Positions 38,258 through 48,920 of a stretch of DNA of 64,000 nt are shown here, piece after piece. The translations under genes were made by a program, and so were the position numbers. The stretch comes from Candidatus Woesebacteria bacterium RBG_13_46_13. Lineage in GTDB: Bacteria > Patescibacteriota > Microgenomatia > UBA8517. The stretch covers positions 177,148 to 241,147 of the forward strand of contig MGFR01000001.1 in assembly GCA_001791995.1 (NCBI GenBank), in the 5' to 3' direction. The first letter of the stretch is position 1, and the number at the start of each line of letters is the position of its first letter. A model generated the notes under the pieces. The model was not told where the DNA came from, searched no databases, and worked only from the letters and a program-made list of their open reading frames with translations.

Positions 38258-38536
38258 ATGAAATTAATTCCACTATTGACGGAAAAAAGCCTGGCAGAGG
38301 CCAGACGCGGCAGTTACACTTTTTTGGTAGGAGCTGGGTTTAACAAAAGCGAGGTCAGAAAAGCCATCGAATCGGTCTTTGGTGTGCACGTAACCGGGAT
38401 AAACTCATTAAGCGTCAAGGGCCTTTCCAAGAAAAATTTTAAAGGCTATATCCAAAGGCAAAAGGGAGCCAAAAAGGTGATGGTGACTCTTAAAGACAAA
38501 GAAAAAATCGATCTTTTCGAGGAAAAGAAGAAATAA
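38258..38536 (+). CDS. rplW: 50S ribosomal protein L23
   Basis: L23-like 92-aa product in the canonical position. Confidence 0.9.
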   Translation: MKLIPLLTEKSLAEARRGSYTFLVGAGFNKSEVRKAIESVFGVHVTGINSLSVKGLSKKNFKGYIQRQKGAKKVMVTLKDKEKIDLFEEKKK

Positions 38537-38537
38537 T

Positions 38538-39290
38538 ATGAAAAAAATCAAAAGAATATCGCCAAAAAGAAGCGGTAGGAGTTTTGGGAGCTTAACCGTA
38601 CGTCATCAGGGAGGACGGGCCAAGAGATTCTTAAGGGAAATTGATTTCAAAAGAGAAAAAGATGACGTTTGGGGAAGAGTCGAGTCGATAGAATACGATC
38701 CGAATAGAAGCGCCGAGATTGCTTTGGTGCTTTATGAAGACGGGGAAAGAAGGTATATTCTGGCACCTTTTGGACTTAGCGTTGGGCAAAAGATTATTGC
38801 TTCCGCCTCAGCCCCGATTGAGGCCGGAAACACCCTGCCTTTGGCCAAGATTCCGGTCGGAACCCAGATTCACAACATTGAAATCAAACCCGGTATGGGC
38901 GGACAAATGGTCAAATCCGCGGGTTCGGCTGCAATATTGCAGGGTAAAGAAGAGGATTGGGTTTTAGTCAGGCTTCCTTCCGGAGAGGTCAGAAGGTTTT
39001 TGCCCGGCTCTAAGGCTACGGTGGGACAAATTGGAAGGATCGAGGCAAAAACCGAAAGATTGGGGAAAGCCGGCCGAAAAAGGAATATGGGTATAAGGCC
39101 CACGGTCAGAGGAGTTGCCATGCACCCGCATGCCCACCCGCACGGAGGAGGAGAAGGACGAAGCTCGGTGGGGCTTAAATATCCCAAGACCGTTTACGGG
39201 CAACCTGCGGTCGGAAAAACCAGGAGAAAGCATAAATATTCGGATAAACTGATAATTACAGGAAGAAGAAAAGGAGCGCACACGGCGTAA
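38538..39290 (+). CDS. rplB: 50S ribosomal protein L2
   Basis: [18 protein letters not shown] signature. Confidence 0.95.
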   Translation: MKKIKRISPKRSGRSFGSLTVRHQGGRAKRFLREIDFKREKDDVWGRVESIEYDPNRSAEIALVLYEDGERRYILAPFGLSVGQKIIASASAPIEAGNTLPLAKIPVGTQIHNIEIKPGMGGQMVKSAGSAAILQGKEEDWVLVRLPSGEVRRFLPGSKATVGQIGRIEAKTERLGKAGRKRNMGIRPTVRGVAMHPHAHPHGGGEGRSSVGLKYPKTVYGQPAVGKTRRKHKYSDKLIITGRRKGAHTA

Positions 39291-39295
39291 TAATT

Positions 39296-39577
39296 ATGTC
39301 CAGATCGTCCAAAAAAGGTCCGTATGTCGATGAACGCCTGGTCAAAAAGGTGGTTTCCGGCATGGGTACAAAAGAAAATCCCATCAAGACCTGGTCTCGA
39401 GACAGCCAAATTCCTCCCGAATTTGTCTCCAAGTACTTCCAGGTCCATAACGGCAGAATTTTTATCGATGTTTTCGTAACCGAAGACATGGTTGGCCACA
39501 GACTTGGGGAATTTTCCCCCACCAGAACATTTAGGGGACACGGAGAAATAGTCAAGAGAATTTTGGAGAAAACTTAA
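39296..39577 (+). CDS. rpsS: 30S ribosomal protein S19
   Basis: [15 protein letters not shown]...[23 protein letters not shown]. Confidence 0.95.
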   Translation: MSRSSKKGPYVDERLVKKVVSGMGTKENPIKTWSRDSQIPPEFVSKYFQVHNGRIFIDVFVTEDMVGHRLGEFSPTRTFRGHGEIVKRILEKT

Positions 39578-39969
39578 TGGAAATTATCGCAACACAGAAG
39601 TTTTTGACGATGTCGCCTCGGAAAATAAGGCCGGTTGTTGACGTGATTAAAAAGCTTAAGCCGACAGAAGCCGTAGAAAAACTTCCCTTTATGGCCAAAA
39701 GAGCCGCCGAACCCCTGGCAAAAGTCATTAAGCAGGCCATTGCTAACGCCAGGAGCCGGGGTTTATCCGATACCGAGCTGACCTTTAAAGAAATTCAAAT
39801 TGGAGAAGGCCCAAGGCTTAAAAGGGGCAGACCCGTCTCAAGAGGCCAGTGGCATCCGGTAAAAAAGAGGATGAGCCATATCAGGGTCGTCCTGGAGGCC
39901 AAAACAGCCCCCGAAAAACCAAAAGCCAAGAGTCAAAAGGTAAAGGAGGAACATGGGACAAAAGATTAA
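39577..39969 (+). CDS. rplV: 50S ribosomal protein L22
   Basis: L22 family sequence in the canonical position. Confidence 0.9.
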   Translation: MEIIATQKFLTMSPRKIRPVVDVIKKLKPTEAVEKLPFMAKRAAEPLAKVIKQAIANARSRGLSDTELTFKEIQIGEGPRLKRGRPVSRGQWHPVKKRMSHIRVVLEAKTAPEKPKAKSQKVKEEHGTKD

Positions 39970-40606
39970 TCCGGTCGGCTTTAGGGTCGGAAACTTCCTA
40001 CCCTGGAAATCCAGGTGGTTTTCCGACAGCTCGAATTTTAAAGATTTCCTGATCGAGGACATCAAATTGAGAAAAGCCTTGATGGAAAAACTTAAGCTGG
40101 CTGGTATTACCGAGGTCAATATCGAAAGGCTTCCCAAGAGTATGTCGATAGGGCTTACTGTATCGCGTCCGGGAGTGGTTATCGGCCGTGGAGGCTCTGG
40201 TATCGAGGAGGTTAAAAATTTCATTCTCAAGATAATCTCTGAAGTAAGGAGAAAGACGATCAAGGATTTAAAGATTGATTTGAAAGTCAATGAGGTCAAA
40301 AATTCCGAGCTTTCGGCCCACCTGGTTGCCGGCAGAATCGCCGCGGAGCTGGAAAGACGAATTCCCCACCGCAGGGTGGTAACCAAGGCCATTGAGCGGG
40401 TTATGGCCTCGGGCGCCCTGGGGGTTAAAATTGTCTTAGGAGGCCGAATCAACGGCGCCGAAATTTCCAGGGTTGAAAAGTTCCAGAATGGCTCTGTCCC
40501 TACCCAAACCTTGAGGGAAAATATCGATTACGCCCAGTTGCCCGCACTCTTAAAAAGAGGTTATGTGGGGGTCAAGGTTTGGATACACAAGAAAGAGGAA
40601 GATTAA
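39953..40606 (+). CDS. rpsC: 30S ribosomal protein S3
   Basis: MGQKINPVGFRVG... with a KH domain. Confidence 0.95.
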   Translation: MGQKINPVGFRVGNFLPWKSRWFSDSSNFKDFLIEDIKLRKALMEKLKLAGITEVNIERLPKSMSIGLTVSRPGVVIGRGGSGIEEVKNFILKIISEVRRKTIKDLKIDLKVNEVKNSELSAHLVAGRIAAELERRIPHRRVVTKAIERVMASGALGVKIVLGGRINGAEISRVEKFQNGSVPTQTLRENIDYAQLPALLKRGYVGVKVWIHKKEED

Positions 40607-41020
40607 ATGTTGCAGCCGAAAAGACGAAAATACATCAAAGATTTCAGGGGCAGAAGGCGGGGAGTGGCTACCCGCGGAGCCACGCTTTCTTTTGGGGAGT
40701 ATGGCCTCAAGTCTTTGGGGACGGCCTGGGTTGCCGCCAACCAAATTGAAGCCGCAAGGCGTACAATTACCCATAACCTCAAAAAGGGAGGAAGAGTCTG
40801 GGTCAGAATTTTCCCAGATAAGCCGATTACCTCCCGGCCGGCGGGAAAGCGTATGGGCGGAGGTAAGGGAGATATTGCCAAATATGTGGTCGTGGTTAAG
40901 CCGGGCAGAATCCTATTCGAGGTTGCCGGAGCAGCCAAAGAATATGTCTTGGATGGTTTTGCCAAGGCAGCTGCCAAATTGCCGGTAAAAACCAGAGTAG
41001 TCAGTAAGGAAGAATTATGA
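40607..41020 (+). CDS. rplP: 50S ribosomal protein L16
   Basis: MLQPKRRKY...RMGGGKGDI signature. Confidence 0.95.
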   Translation: MLQPKRRKYIKDFRGRRRGVATRGATLSFGEYGLKSLGTAWVAANQIEAARRTITHNLKKGGRVWVRIFPDKPITSRPAGKRMGGGKGDIAKYVVVVKPGRILFEVAGAAKEYVLDGFAKAAAKLPVKTRVVSKEEL

Positions 41021-41253
41021 AAAGAAAAGATTTTGTGGAGTTAAAATCGAAAGAGACCAGCGAGCTTAAAAAGCTGCTCAAAGAGAAGAAGCTGGAATTG
41101 GTCAAAATTTATCCGGAGATTGCCATGGGGCGGGAGAAGAATACCAAAAAGGCTGGCCTTTTGAAGAAAGATATTGCCCGGATTGCGACCCTGATTAACG
41201 AAAAAGAAATAGTCAAAAAAGAGGAGGTTAAAGATGAAAATATTCAAAGGTAA
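41017..41253 (+). CDS. rpmC: 50S ribosomal protein L29
   Basis: Helical 78-aa product between rplP and rpsQ. Confidence 0.85.
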   Translation: MKRKDFVELKSKETSELKKLLKEKKLELVKIYPEIAMGREKNTKKAGLLKKDIARIATLINEKEIVKKEEVKDENIQR

Positions 41254-41479
41254 AGTGATCTCGACGAAGATGGCCAAAACCGCGACGGTTGCGGTTGAGC
41301 GGATCGTGGTCCACCCGATCTACAAAAAGAGGTTTAAAAGGATTAGGAAGTATCACGTCCATGACGAGATTGGGGTTAAGGTTGGGGACGAAGTCAAATT
41401 TATTGCGACCAAACCGGTGAGTAAACTCAAGAAATGGAAAATTATTAGGGAGTCTGACAAAAAGGAGAAAGCAAAATGA
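41234..41479 (+). CDS. rpsQ: 30S ribosomal protein S17
   Basis: GKVISTKMAKTATVAVERIVVHPIYKK signature. Confidence 0.93.
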   Translation: MKIFKGKVISTKMAKTATVAVERIVVHPIYKKRFKRIRKYHVHDEIGVKVGDEVKFIATKPVSKLKKWKIIRESDKKEKAK

Positions 41480-41841
41480 TACAGCTCAGATCAATTTTAA
41501 AGCCTGCCGATAATTCCGGAGCCAAGAGGCTGATGACCATCGGCATTTCGGCCAAAATCGGCAAAAAAGCCGGCTTGGGGGATGTGGTTTTGTGTGTGGT
41601 CAAAGGAGCAGACCCTGCGGGAACCGTAATTGACCACGAAAAAGTCAGGGTTTTGATAGTCAGAACCAGGAAGGAAACCAAGCGCCAGGACGGCAGTTAT
41701 GTCCGCTTCGACGACAATGCGGGAGTAGTCATCGACAAAATGGGGCTCCCCCGCGGTACCAGAATATTAGGTCCCATCGCCAGAGAGGTTAAGGAAGCCG
41801 GTTACAACAAAATCTCATCTTTGGCCAGAGAGGTGGTTTAA
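41476..41841 (+). CDS. rplN: 50S ribosomal protein L14
   Basis: MIQLRSILKPADNSGAK N-terminus. Confidence 0.95.
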   Translation: MIQLRSILKPADNSGAKRLMTIGISAKIGKKAGLGDVVLCVVKGADPAGTVIDHEKVRVLIVRTRKETKRQDGSYVRFDDNAGVVIDKMGLPRGTRILGPIAREVKEAGYNKISSLAREVV

Positions 41842-41850
41842 AGGATAAAA

Positions 41851-42177
41851 ATGCAAAAATCAAAATTTAAAGCAGGAGATATGGTCAGAATTACCCTAGG
41901 CAAGGATAAAGGCCGCGAAGCCAAAATCGAAACCATAGATTCGAAAAAACACCTGGCTATCGTTCCTGGGGTAAATATTTATAAAAGACACGTCAAGGGG
42001 GGTAGGGAAAAAGGACAGAAGGGCGGCATTTATGAGCTACCCCGTCCTTTGGCTTTCTCAAAGATTGCGCTTGTCTGTCCCAAATGCAAAAAACCCACCA
42101 GGGTAGGCTTTAGAGTGATGGAAAAAGAAAAAGTCAGAATCTGCAGAAAATGCGGAAAGGAGATTGACACCAAATGA
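41851..42177 (+). CDS. rplX: 50S ribosomal protein L24 with a C-terminal CxxC...CxxC zinc-ribbon
   Basis: KOW motif (GDMVRITLGKDKGREAKI); C-terminal CPKC(x17)CRKC. Confidence 0.9.
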   Translation: MQKSKFKAGDMVRITLGKDKGREAKIETIDSKKHLAIVPGVNIYKRHVKGGREKGQKGGIYELPRPLAFSKIALVCPKCKKPTRVGFRVMEKEKVRICRKCGKEIDTK

Positions 42178-42716
42178 GCCGCTTAAAAGAAAAATATCAA
42201 AAAGAAGTTATGCCTGTCTTAACCAAAGAGTTTGAGATAAAAAACTCTCTCGAGGTGCCCAGGGTTGAAAAAATTGTGGTCAATACGGGACTGGGAGAGA
42301 TGATTAAGGATAAAAACCTTAAAGACATTGTATCGAAGGAATTGGCCGCAATTACCGGACAGATTCCCTCGGTTAAAGTGGCCAAGGTTTCCATTGCCGC
42401 CTTTGGCTTAAGGGCCGGGATGCCGGTAGGGTTGACCGTGACCTTAAGAGGCGAGAAAATGTACGATTTTTTGGATAAATTGGTTTCCATTACCCTGCCC
42501 CGCTTGAGGGATTTCAGGGGAGTACCGCTTAAGAGTTTTGACGTCAGAGGCAACTATACTTTGGGTATTGTGGAGCATACGGTTTTTCCGGAGATAGATT
42601 TAAGCAAGGGAGTAACGCCCCGGGGAATGGAAGTTTCGATTGTCACCAATGCGGGTACCCCGGAAAGGGCCAAAAGACTATTGGAACTATTGGGTATGCC
42701 GTTTGAGAAACAATAA
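42174..42716 (+). CDS. rplE: 50S ribosomal protein L5
   Basis: L5 family sequence ([14 protein letters not shown]). Confidence 0.93.
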   Translation: MSRLKEKYQKEVMPVLTKEFEIKNSLEVPRVEKIVVNTGLGEMIKDKNLKDIVSKELAAITGQIPSVKVAKVSIAAFGLRAGMPVGLTVTLRGEKMYDFLDKLVSITLPRLRDFRGVPLKSFDVRGNYTLGIVEHTVFPEIDLSKGVTPRGMEVSIVTNAGTPERAKRLLELLGMPFEKQ

Positions 42717-42718
42717 CT

Positions 42719-42904
42719 ATGTCAACAACAGCCAAGGAAGTCAGAGAAGGTAAGAAATTAAGGTTTAAGGGTCGCTACCACAACCGCTGCAGAATCTGTG
42801 GCAGGAGCAGGGGATATATGAGAAAATTCGGTCTTTGCAGGCTTTGTTTCAGGGAGCATGCCTTAAAAGGCGAGATTCCCGGTGTTAGAAAGGCCAGTTG
42901 GTAA
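42719..42904 (+). CDS. rpsZ: 30S ribosomal protein S14 type Z (zinc-binding)
   Basis: 61 aa, [23 protein letters not shown]. Confidence 0.93.
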   Translation: MSTTAKEVREGKKLRFKGRYHNRCRICGRSRGYMRKFGLCRLCFREHALKGEIPGVRKASW

Positions 42905-42911
42905 ATTCGTT

Positions 42912-43289
42912 ATGACAAATTATCCCATAGGAGATTTTTTAACCAGGATCAGAAATGCCGCTTTAGCCCGCAGGCACGAGGTGGTTGTGGACAGCACCAA
43001 TCTGATCAGGTTATCCGCTAAGGCACTCGAACGGGCCGGTTTTGTCCAGGACGTTAAAGAGGCCAAGGGTAAACTTTCCTTGGCGATATGCTACCGCAGA
43101 AAAAAACCCATTATGTTGGGAATTAAGCTTATCTCCAAGCCGGGCTTAAGGATTTATGCCAGCGCGGATGATATCGAGGCCAGAAGAGGTCCGGAGACTC
43201 TGTTGATTTCTACACCCAAAGGAGTGTTGGTTTCAAAAGAGGCAATCAAACAAAGGACGGGCGGAGAAGTTTTGGCCAAAATTTGGTAG
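42912..43289 (+). CDS. rpsH: 30S ribosomal protein S8
   Basis: MTNYPIGDFLTRIRNA N-terminus; ATG at 42912 is preferred over the ORF-finder start at 42882. Confidence 0.93.
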   Translation: MTNYPIGDFLTRIRNAALARRHEVVVDSTNLIRLSAKALERAGFVQDVKEAKGKLSLAICYRRKKPIMLGIKLISKPGLRIYASADDIEARRGPETLLISTPKGVLVSKEAIKQRTGGEVLAKIW

Positions 43290-43299
43290 AAAGATATTT

Positions 43300-43851
43300 A
43301 TGAGCAGAATAGGAAAATTACCGATTATCTTACCCCAAGGAGTTACCCTTGAGGTGGCCGGCCGTGAAGTTAAAGTTGTGGGTCCAAAAGGAAGCCTGGT
43401 ACGCAGACTCGCCCACGGGATTTCCGTTGAGGTAAAAGACGGAGTAGTCCAGGTGCAAAGTACGGGCAAGACCAAACAGGATAAGTCGAATTTCGGCTCA
43501 AGCCGAGCCCATATTGCCAATATGGCCAAGGGCGTTTCCGAAGGCTGGAAGAAGGTTTTGGAATTGGTTGGCACCGGCTACCGCGCAGAGGCAACGGGCA
43601 ATAGCCTGACTCTGACAATCGGCTATTCCCATCCGGTCAAAGTCGAAGGCTCTGACAATATCAGTTTTAAGGTCGAAAAGTCGATAATCACAATTGAGGG
43701 AATTGATAAAGAAGAGGTCGGAGAGGTTGCCGCCAAAGTCAGAGCGGTACGCCCCCCTGAACCCTACAAAGGCAAGGGTATCAAATATCTAGATGAAGTA
43801 ATCAGAAGAAAGGCGGGTAAAGCAGCCAAGACCGTGGGGGCTCCGGCTTAA
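43300..43851 (+). CDS. rplF: 50S ribosomal protein L6
   Basis: MSRIGKLPIILPQGV N-terminus. Confidence 0.93.
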   Translation: MSRIGKLPIILPQGVTLEVAGREVKVVGPKGSLVRRLAHGISVEVKDGVVQVQSTGKTKQDKSNFGSSRAHIANMAKGVSEGWKKVLELVGTGYRAEATGNSLTLTIGYSHPVKVEGSDNISFKVEKSIITIEGIDKEEVGEVAAKVRAVRPPEPYKGKGIKYLDEVIRRKAGKAAKTVGAPA

Positions 43852-43862
43852 TTTATTAAAAA

Positions 43863-44216
43863 ATGGCTAACTTTAAAGCAAAAAGGTTTTTAAAAAGAAA
43901 ACTGCGGGTTAAAATGAAGGTTAGGGGGGATGCCTCCCGACCCAGACTTTCGGTTTTTAGATCGAATAAGAATATTTACGCCCAAATCATAGATGACGCG
44001 GCGGGGAAGACCCTGGTTTCCGCAAAAAACAGGGAGAAAGAGATTGCTAAGATTAAATCCAAAATGGAGGCTGCGAGTGCCGTGGGAGAAGCAATTGCGG
44101 TCAGGGCTTTGAAGGCAAAAATCAAAAAAGTGGTTTTTGATAAGGGCGGTTTTAAATATCACGGCCGTGTAAAAGCTCTGGCCGAGGGAGCCAGAAAGGG
44201 AGGACTTGAATTCTAA
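43863..44216 (+). CDS. rplR: 50S ribosomal protein L18
   Basis: [20 protein letters not shown] signature. Confidence 0.93.
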   Translation: MANFKAKRFLKRKLRVKMKVRGDASRPRLSVFRSNKNIYAQIIDDAAGKTLVSAKNREKEIAKIKSKMEAASAVGEAIAVRALKAKIKKVVFDKGGFKYHGRVKALAEGARKGGLEF

Positions 44217-44689
44217 TGGGATATTACAATCCGGAGGTTAAAGAGTTTGAGGAAACGGTTGTCCAAATCAACAGGATTTCCAAGAAAACCAAAGGCGGAA
44301 ACCAAATCAGATTTTCTGCTCTGGTGGTTGTTGGGGACAAAAAAGGCAAAGTCGGCGTCGGCCTTTCAAAAGCGGGCGATGTCAGAAGCGCCATCAAAAA
44401 AGCGGTAGCGGCAGCCAAAAGAAGAATGGTGGTAATACCTTTAAGTGGAACTACAGTACCCTACTCCGTCAGGGAGAAGTTTTCCGCAGCCAAAGTTTTG
44501 ATCAGGCCTGCTCCTCCGGGCTCGGGTATTATTGCCGGGGGTCCCATTAGGGTAGTCATGGAAGCGGCCGGTATCAGGGACGCATCCGGGAAAATCTTGG
44601 GCACGAAAAATAAAATTTCAAATGTTTACGCAACCCTAAAGGCGCTTGAGACTATTTCGGAAATTTCCAAAAGAAGGGAGAAAGAATAA
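44216..44689 (+). CDS. rpsE: 30S ribosomal protein S5
   Basis: S5 dsRBD and C-terminal domain (VVVGDKKGKVGVG). Confidence 0.93.
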   Translation: MGYYNPEVKEFEETVVQINRISKKTKGGNQIRFSALVVVGDKKGKVGVGLSKAGDVRSAIKKAVAAAKRRMVVIPLSGTTVPYSVREKFSAAKVLIRPAPPGSGIIAGGPIRVVMEAAGIRDASGKILGTKNKISNVYATLKALETISEISKRREKE

Positions 44690-45129
44690 TGAGCACTCAA
44701 TTACCAAAACTGGTTACACGAAGGTCAAAAAGGGTAGGCCGCGGTTACGGAAGCGGCAAAGGGGGCCATACCGTCGGACGCGGGCAAAAGGGTCAGAAGA
44801 CCAGGGCCCACATCGGGATTCTTTTTGAGGGAATAAAGGTCAAGAAATCTTTGATTAAAAAGCTGCCTCTGCAGCGGGGAAAAGATAAATTCAGAGCGCA
44901 TCCCAAACCCATCGTGGTCAAGCTTTTCCTTCTGGATCTGTTGCCGGCCAAATCCACGGTTGATATCGCCCTACTGGCCAAGGAAGGAATTGTAGACGCC
45001 AGGGATGCGGCAGAAATCGGAGTAAAGATATTAGGAAACGGCGAGGTCAAGAAAGCCTTTACCATCAAAGTTCCAATTTCGAAATCAGCCGCCAAAAAGA
45101 TAGAGAAAGCCGGCGGAACTATTGCTTAA
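44689..45129 (+). CDS. rplO: 50S ribosomal protein L15
   Basis: [26 protein letters not shown] signature; follows S5 directly, so no L30 gene. Confidence 0.93.
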   Translation: MSTQLPKLVTRRSKRVGRGYGSGKGGHTVGRGQKGQKTRAHIGILFEGIKVKKSLIKKLPLQRGKDKFRAHPKPIVVKLFLLDLLPAKSTVDIALLAKEGIVDARDAAEIGVKILGNGEVKKAFTIKVPISKSAAKKIEKAGGTIA

Positions 45130-46415
45130 TGTTTAATTCGATTGCCCGCTTTTTTGTCAAGGTCGTAAAGTCGCCAGACATAAGGAAAAAACTTCTTATA
45201 ACGGCACTTATCCTTTTTGTCTTTAGGCTGGTGGCCCATATTCCCGCAGCCGGTATCGACAGAGCCAGTCTGCAGGCATTATTTTTGGGCAGTCCGCTTT
45301 TATCCCTTCTGGATGTTTTCTCCGGCGGAACCCTGGCCAACTTTTCCATAATGGCTCTGGGGCTTAACCCTTATATCAACGCCTCGATTATTCTTCAGCT
45401 TTTAACCTATGTTGTACCAAGCCTGGAGGAGCTTTCAAAGGAAGGCGAGTACGGTCAGGAAAAAATTAATCAATACACCAGATTTTTGACAGTGCCCCTG
45501 GCCGCTGTTCAGGCTTTTGGTATGTATTCACTATTGCATTCACAAGGAATAATCTCGGTTATCTCTCCCCTGGCTTTAATTTCGCTGGTCTTAACCATGA
45601 CGGCGGGAACGATCTTTGCGGTCTGGCTGGGGGAGCTGATCACCGAATACGGATTTTCAAACGGAATATCGCTTCTGATCTTCGCCGGGATAGTGGCACG
45701 GCTTCCGATCACCTTTTTCCAATCGGCAACAACAATTCAGACCCAGGATTTACTTAAAACTGGAGCCTTCGCGATAATCGCGGCGGTGATTGTGGGGCTT
45801 ATTGTCTTCATGAACGAAGCGGTCAGGCAGATTCCGATAAGCTACGCCAGACGTGGAGGGAAAGTCAGTCCTGGCTTTTCTTCTTACCTTCCGCTGCGGC
45901 TTAATCAGGCGGGGGTTATCCCTATCATCTTTGCCGTATCTTTAGTTCTGGCCCCGACCATGATTTCCCAGTTTTTATCGGGAGTAACCAATCCCCAGGT
46001 CGCAAGTTTCGTAAATTTCTTAACAACCGCTTTTAATCCCAAATCGGCCATCTATAACGCTACCTACTTCTTTTTGGTGGTAGGCTTTACCTTTTTCTAT
46101 ACCGCGGTGGTTTTTAATCCCCAAAAGATTTCCGAAAATCTCCAGAAAAACGGGGGATTTGTACCGGGGATTAGGCCTGGGGCCCAGACCGCCAAGTATT
46201 TGTCCTTTGTCTTAAACAGAATTACCCTAATCGGGGCAGTGTTTTTGGGACTGATCGCCATTCTGCCTTCGCTTTTCCAGAACGTCATCGGCGTTGCCAA
46301 TTTGGCCATTGGCGGAACCGGAATCTTAATCGTTGTCTCGGTGGTTTTGGAGATTACGCGCGAACTTGAAAGCCAACTGGTGATGAGAAGATACGAAGGG
46401 TTTTTGGAAAGATGA
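45129..46415 (+). CDS. secY: Protein translocase subunit SecY
   Basis: Ten-TM SecY topology and signature regions; canonical position after rplO. Confidence 0.95.
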   Translation: MFNSIARFFVKVVKSPDIRKKLLITALILFVFRLVAHIPAAGIDRASLQALFLGSPLLSLLDVFSGGTLANFSIMALGLNPYINASIILQLLTYVVPSLEELSKEGEYGQEKINQYTRFLTVPLAAVQAFGMYSLLHSQGIISVISPLALISLVLTMTAGTIFAVWLGELITEYGFSNGISLLIFAGIVARLPITFFQSATTIQTQDLLKTGAFAIIAAVIVGLIVFMNEAVRQIPISYARRGGKVSPGFSSYLPLRLNQAGVIPIIFAVSLVLAPTMISQFLSGVTNPQVASFVNFLTTAFNPKSAIYNATYFFLVVGFTFFYTAVVFNPQKISENLQKNGGFVPGIRPGAQTAKYLSFVLNRITLIGAVFLGLIAILPSLFQNVIGVANLAIGGTGILIVVSVVLEITRELESQLVMRRYEGFLER

Positions 46416-47038
46416 ATATAATTCTTTTGGGACCACAGGGATCGGGCAAGGGAACGCAGGCACGTCTTTTGACCGAAAAATTGGGCCTTTTTTATATTGA
46501 GAGCGGAGACCTTTTAAGGGCAGCCGCAAAAGATGACCCCAGGATTGACGAAATTATCAACAAACAGGGCCAGCTATTGCCCGATGCGGAAACATTTTCC
46601 ATAGTTACCGATTACATCAATAGCAACAAACCGGAGGCAAAGAACCTACTTTTCGACGGATACCCCCGGACCATCAAACAATATGAGCTTTTGCAAAAAT
46701 GGCTTGGAGAAAAAGGAAGTAAGATCGACTGTGGGTTTTATTTAAATATTAGCGATGAGGAGGCGGTAAGGAGACTTTCGGCCAGAAGAATGGATCCCTC
46801 ATCCGGAAAAATTTATAACCTGATTACGGACCCGCCTGGGTCGGAAGTAAACATGGATTCACTGATTCAGAGGCCTGATGATCGGCCCGATGCAATTAAA
46901 AAACGTCTGGGTTGGTTTAAAACCACGGTAGCTCCGATGATTGAGCTTATCAGGAAAGATATTCCGTTTTATGAAGTAGACGGAGCAAGACCGATTCAGG
47001 TTATCTTCGCTGATATTCTGCAGAAGTTGGAAAAATAA
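46412..47038 (+). CDS. adk: Adenylate kinase (short-lid, no zinc)
   Basis: [15 protein letters not shown]-loop. Confidence 0.93.
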   Translation: MNIILLGPQGSGKGTQARLLTEKLGLFYIESGDLLRAAAKDDPRIDEIINKQGQLLPDAETFSIVTDYINSNKPEAKNLLFDGYPRTIKQYELLQKWLGEKGSKIDCGFYLNISDEEAVRRLSARRMDPSSGKIYNLITDPPGSEVNMDSLIQRPDDRPDAIKKRLGWFKTTVAPMIELIRKDIPFYEVDGARPIQVIFADILQKLEK

Positions 47039-47039
47039 A

Positions 47040-47798
47040 ATGACGGATATTTCGCTAAAAACCAAAGAAGAAGTCGCCATCATGCAAGAGGGTGGAGTCC
47101 TTTTGGGGAAAGTGAAAGCTGCTCTCAAAGAAAAGGTCCAAGAAGGAGTAAATGCCTCCGAAGTGGAAGATTTGGCGGTAGAGCTGATTAAGAAATCAGG
47201 TGGCGAGGCTTCTTTCAAGATGGTTCCTGGCTATTCGTGGGCAACCTGCATCAACATTAATGAAGGGCTTGTTCACGGAATTCCCAAAGAAAGCGTGGTT
47301 TTTAAAAAGGGCGACGTGGTGAGTGTGGATGTTGGCCTTTATTACAAAGGTTTCCATACGGACACCTCTTTTACCAAGGCGATAGAGCCGGATAGTATGA
47401 CCAAGAAGTTTTTGCAGGCAGGCCAGGAGGCCTTGGAAAAAGCTATTGAGGCAGTATCTCCGGGAAAAAGGATTTACGATATTTCCCTAGCCATCCAGGA
47501 GACGATCGAAAAAGCAGGCCATTCCCCGATTAGAGTGCTGACCGGCCACGGAGTGGGCCGAGAGCTACATGAAGAACCCAAAATTACCTGTTTTGCGTCT
47601 GGGGACAGAGCCAAAAGTCCGGAAATAACCGAAGGAATGGTTTTGGCGATTGAAGTGATGTATTGCCTGGGTAGCCCCCAGGTAGAAATTTCCAAAGACG
47701 GATGGACAATTTCCATGCGTGATGGTAAAATATCAGCGCTTTTCGAGGAGACCGTGGCGGTTACTTCGCGCGGTCCCCTTGTTTTGACGGAAGGATAA
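47040..47798 (+). CDS. map: Methionine aminopeptidase type I
   Basis: Pita-bread fold metal ligands (VHGIP, D..VDVG, HGVGRELHE). Confidence 0.93.
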   Translation: MTDISLKTKEEVAIMQEGGVLLGKVKAALKEKVQEGVNASEVEDLAVELIKKSGGEASFKMVPGYSWATCININEGLVHGIPKESVVFKKGDVVSVDVGLYYKGFHTDTSFTKAIEPDSMTKKFLQAGQEALEKAIEAVSPGKRIYDISLAIQETIEKAGHSPIRVLTGHGVGRELHEEPKITCFASGDRAKSPEITEGMVLAIEVMYCLGSPQVEISKDGWTISMRDGKISALFEETVAVTSRGPLVLTEG

Positions 47799-47801
47799 TC
47801 T

Positions 47802-48017
47802 ATGGATAGGAACGAAATTACCGAGGTCGATGGGGTGGTTACACAAGCTTTACCGAATACGATGTTTAGGGTCGACCTGGTCGACGGCAGGACGGTTCTG
47901 GCAACGCTTAAGGGCAAACTCAGAAGGCACTTTATCCGCATTTTCCCCGGGGATAAGGTCAAGGTCGAAATGACTGCCTACGACGAAGAGCGGGGAAGAA
48001 TCGTTTATAAGTATTAA
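47802..48017 (+). CDS. infA: Translation initiation factor IF-1
   Basis: S1-like 71-aa product [18 protein letters not shown]. Confidence 0.93.
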   Translation: MDRNEITEVDGVVTQALPNTMFRVDLVDGRTVLATLKGKLRRHFIRIFPGDKVKVEMTAYDEERGRIVYKY

Positions 48018-48022
48018 AAACC

Positions 48023-48136
48023 ATGAAAGTTCAATCATCGCTACAAAAACGCTGTAAGGATTGCAAAATAGTTAAACGTAACGGGATTTTGTATGTAATC
48101 TGCAAAAATCCCCGCCACAAGCAAAGGCAAGGTTAA
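48023..48136 (+). CDS. rpmJ: 50S ribosomal protein L36 (zinc-ribbon type)
   Basis: Hand-translated 37 aa [37 protein letters not shown]; the CxxC...C...H spacing matches L36. Below the ORF-track length cut-off. Confidence 0.88.
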   Translation: MKVQSSLQKRCKDCKIVKRNGILYVICKNPRHKQRQG

Positions 48137-48139
48137 TTT

Positions 48140-48553
48140 ATGGCAAGAATTTCTGGAATAGAACTAAACGACAACTGGAAAGTAGACTTCGCCCTGACAA
48201 GGATCAGGGGGCTGGGTTGGCCGTCGGTCAGAACTATTTTGGATTCTTTAAAGATCGACTCCGCCAAAAGGGTTTCCGATCTCACCCCGGAGGAAATTGC
48301 AAAAATTTCCGGCAAACTGGAAGACTATACTACCGAGGGGGAATTGGCACGGGCAGTCAGGGGAAATATTTCCCGCCTGCAGGCAATAGGTTCCTATAGA
48401 GGCTCTAGGCATTCGCGAAATCTGCCGGCCAGAGGACAAAGGACCAGGACCAATGCCAGAACCAAAAGAGGCAAAAGAAAAACAGTAGGCGCCTTCAAGA
48501 AAGAAATACTTTCGGCCCAAAAGACAGCCAAGACCGAGGAGGAGAAGAAATAA
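48140..48553 (+). CDS. rpsM: 30S ribosomal protein S13
   Basis: MARISGIEL...RIRGLG. Confidence 0.93.
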   Translation: MARISGIELNDNWKVDFALTRIRGLGWPSVRTILDSLKIDSAKRVSDLTPEEIAKISGKLEDYTTEGELARAVRGNISRLQAIGSYRGSRHSRNLPARGQRTRTNARTKRGKRKTVGAFKKEILSAQKTAKTEEEKK

Positions 48554-48554
48554 T

Positions 48555-48920
48555 ATGGCAGCCAAAAGACAAGCCGAGGCCGGCAAAGTTTTCATTTCGG
48601 CTTCGTTTAATAACACTCTCATAACGGTCACCGATGAAAAAGGGGCGGTAATTGCCTGGGGTTCATCCGGAGCCGCCGGATTTAAAGGTACCCGTAAGGC
48701 CACTCCCTATGCGGCCACCTTGGCTGTAGAAAAGGTAATCAAAAAAGCCAAGGACGATAATGGCTTGGGAGAGGTTGAAATCTATGTTAAAGGTCCCGGT
48801 CCGGGCAGAGACGCAGCCTTACGCGCGGTGAGAGCCGCCGGGGTTAAAATCTCTCTCATCGCAGACGTTACGCCCATGCCCCACAACGGCCCCAGGCCCA
48901 AAAAGAAAAGGAGAGTCTAA
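48555..48920 (+). CDS. rpsK: 30S ribosomal protein S11
   Basis: S11 family sequence (FKGTRKATPYAA). Confidence 0.93.
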   Translation: MAAKRQAEAGKVFISASFNNTLITVTDEKGAVIAWGSSGAAGFKGTRKATPYAATLAVEKVIKKAKDDNGLGEVEIYVKGPGPGRDAALRAVRAAGVKISLIADVTPMPHNGPRPKKKRRV

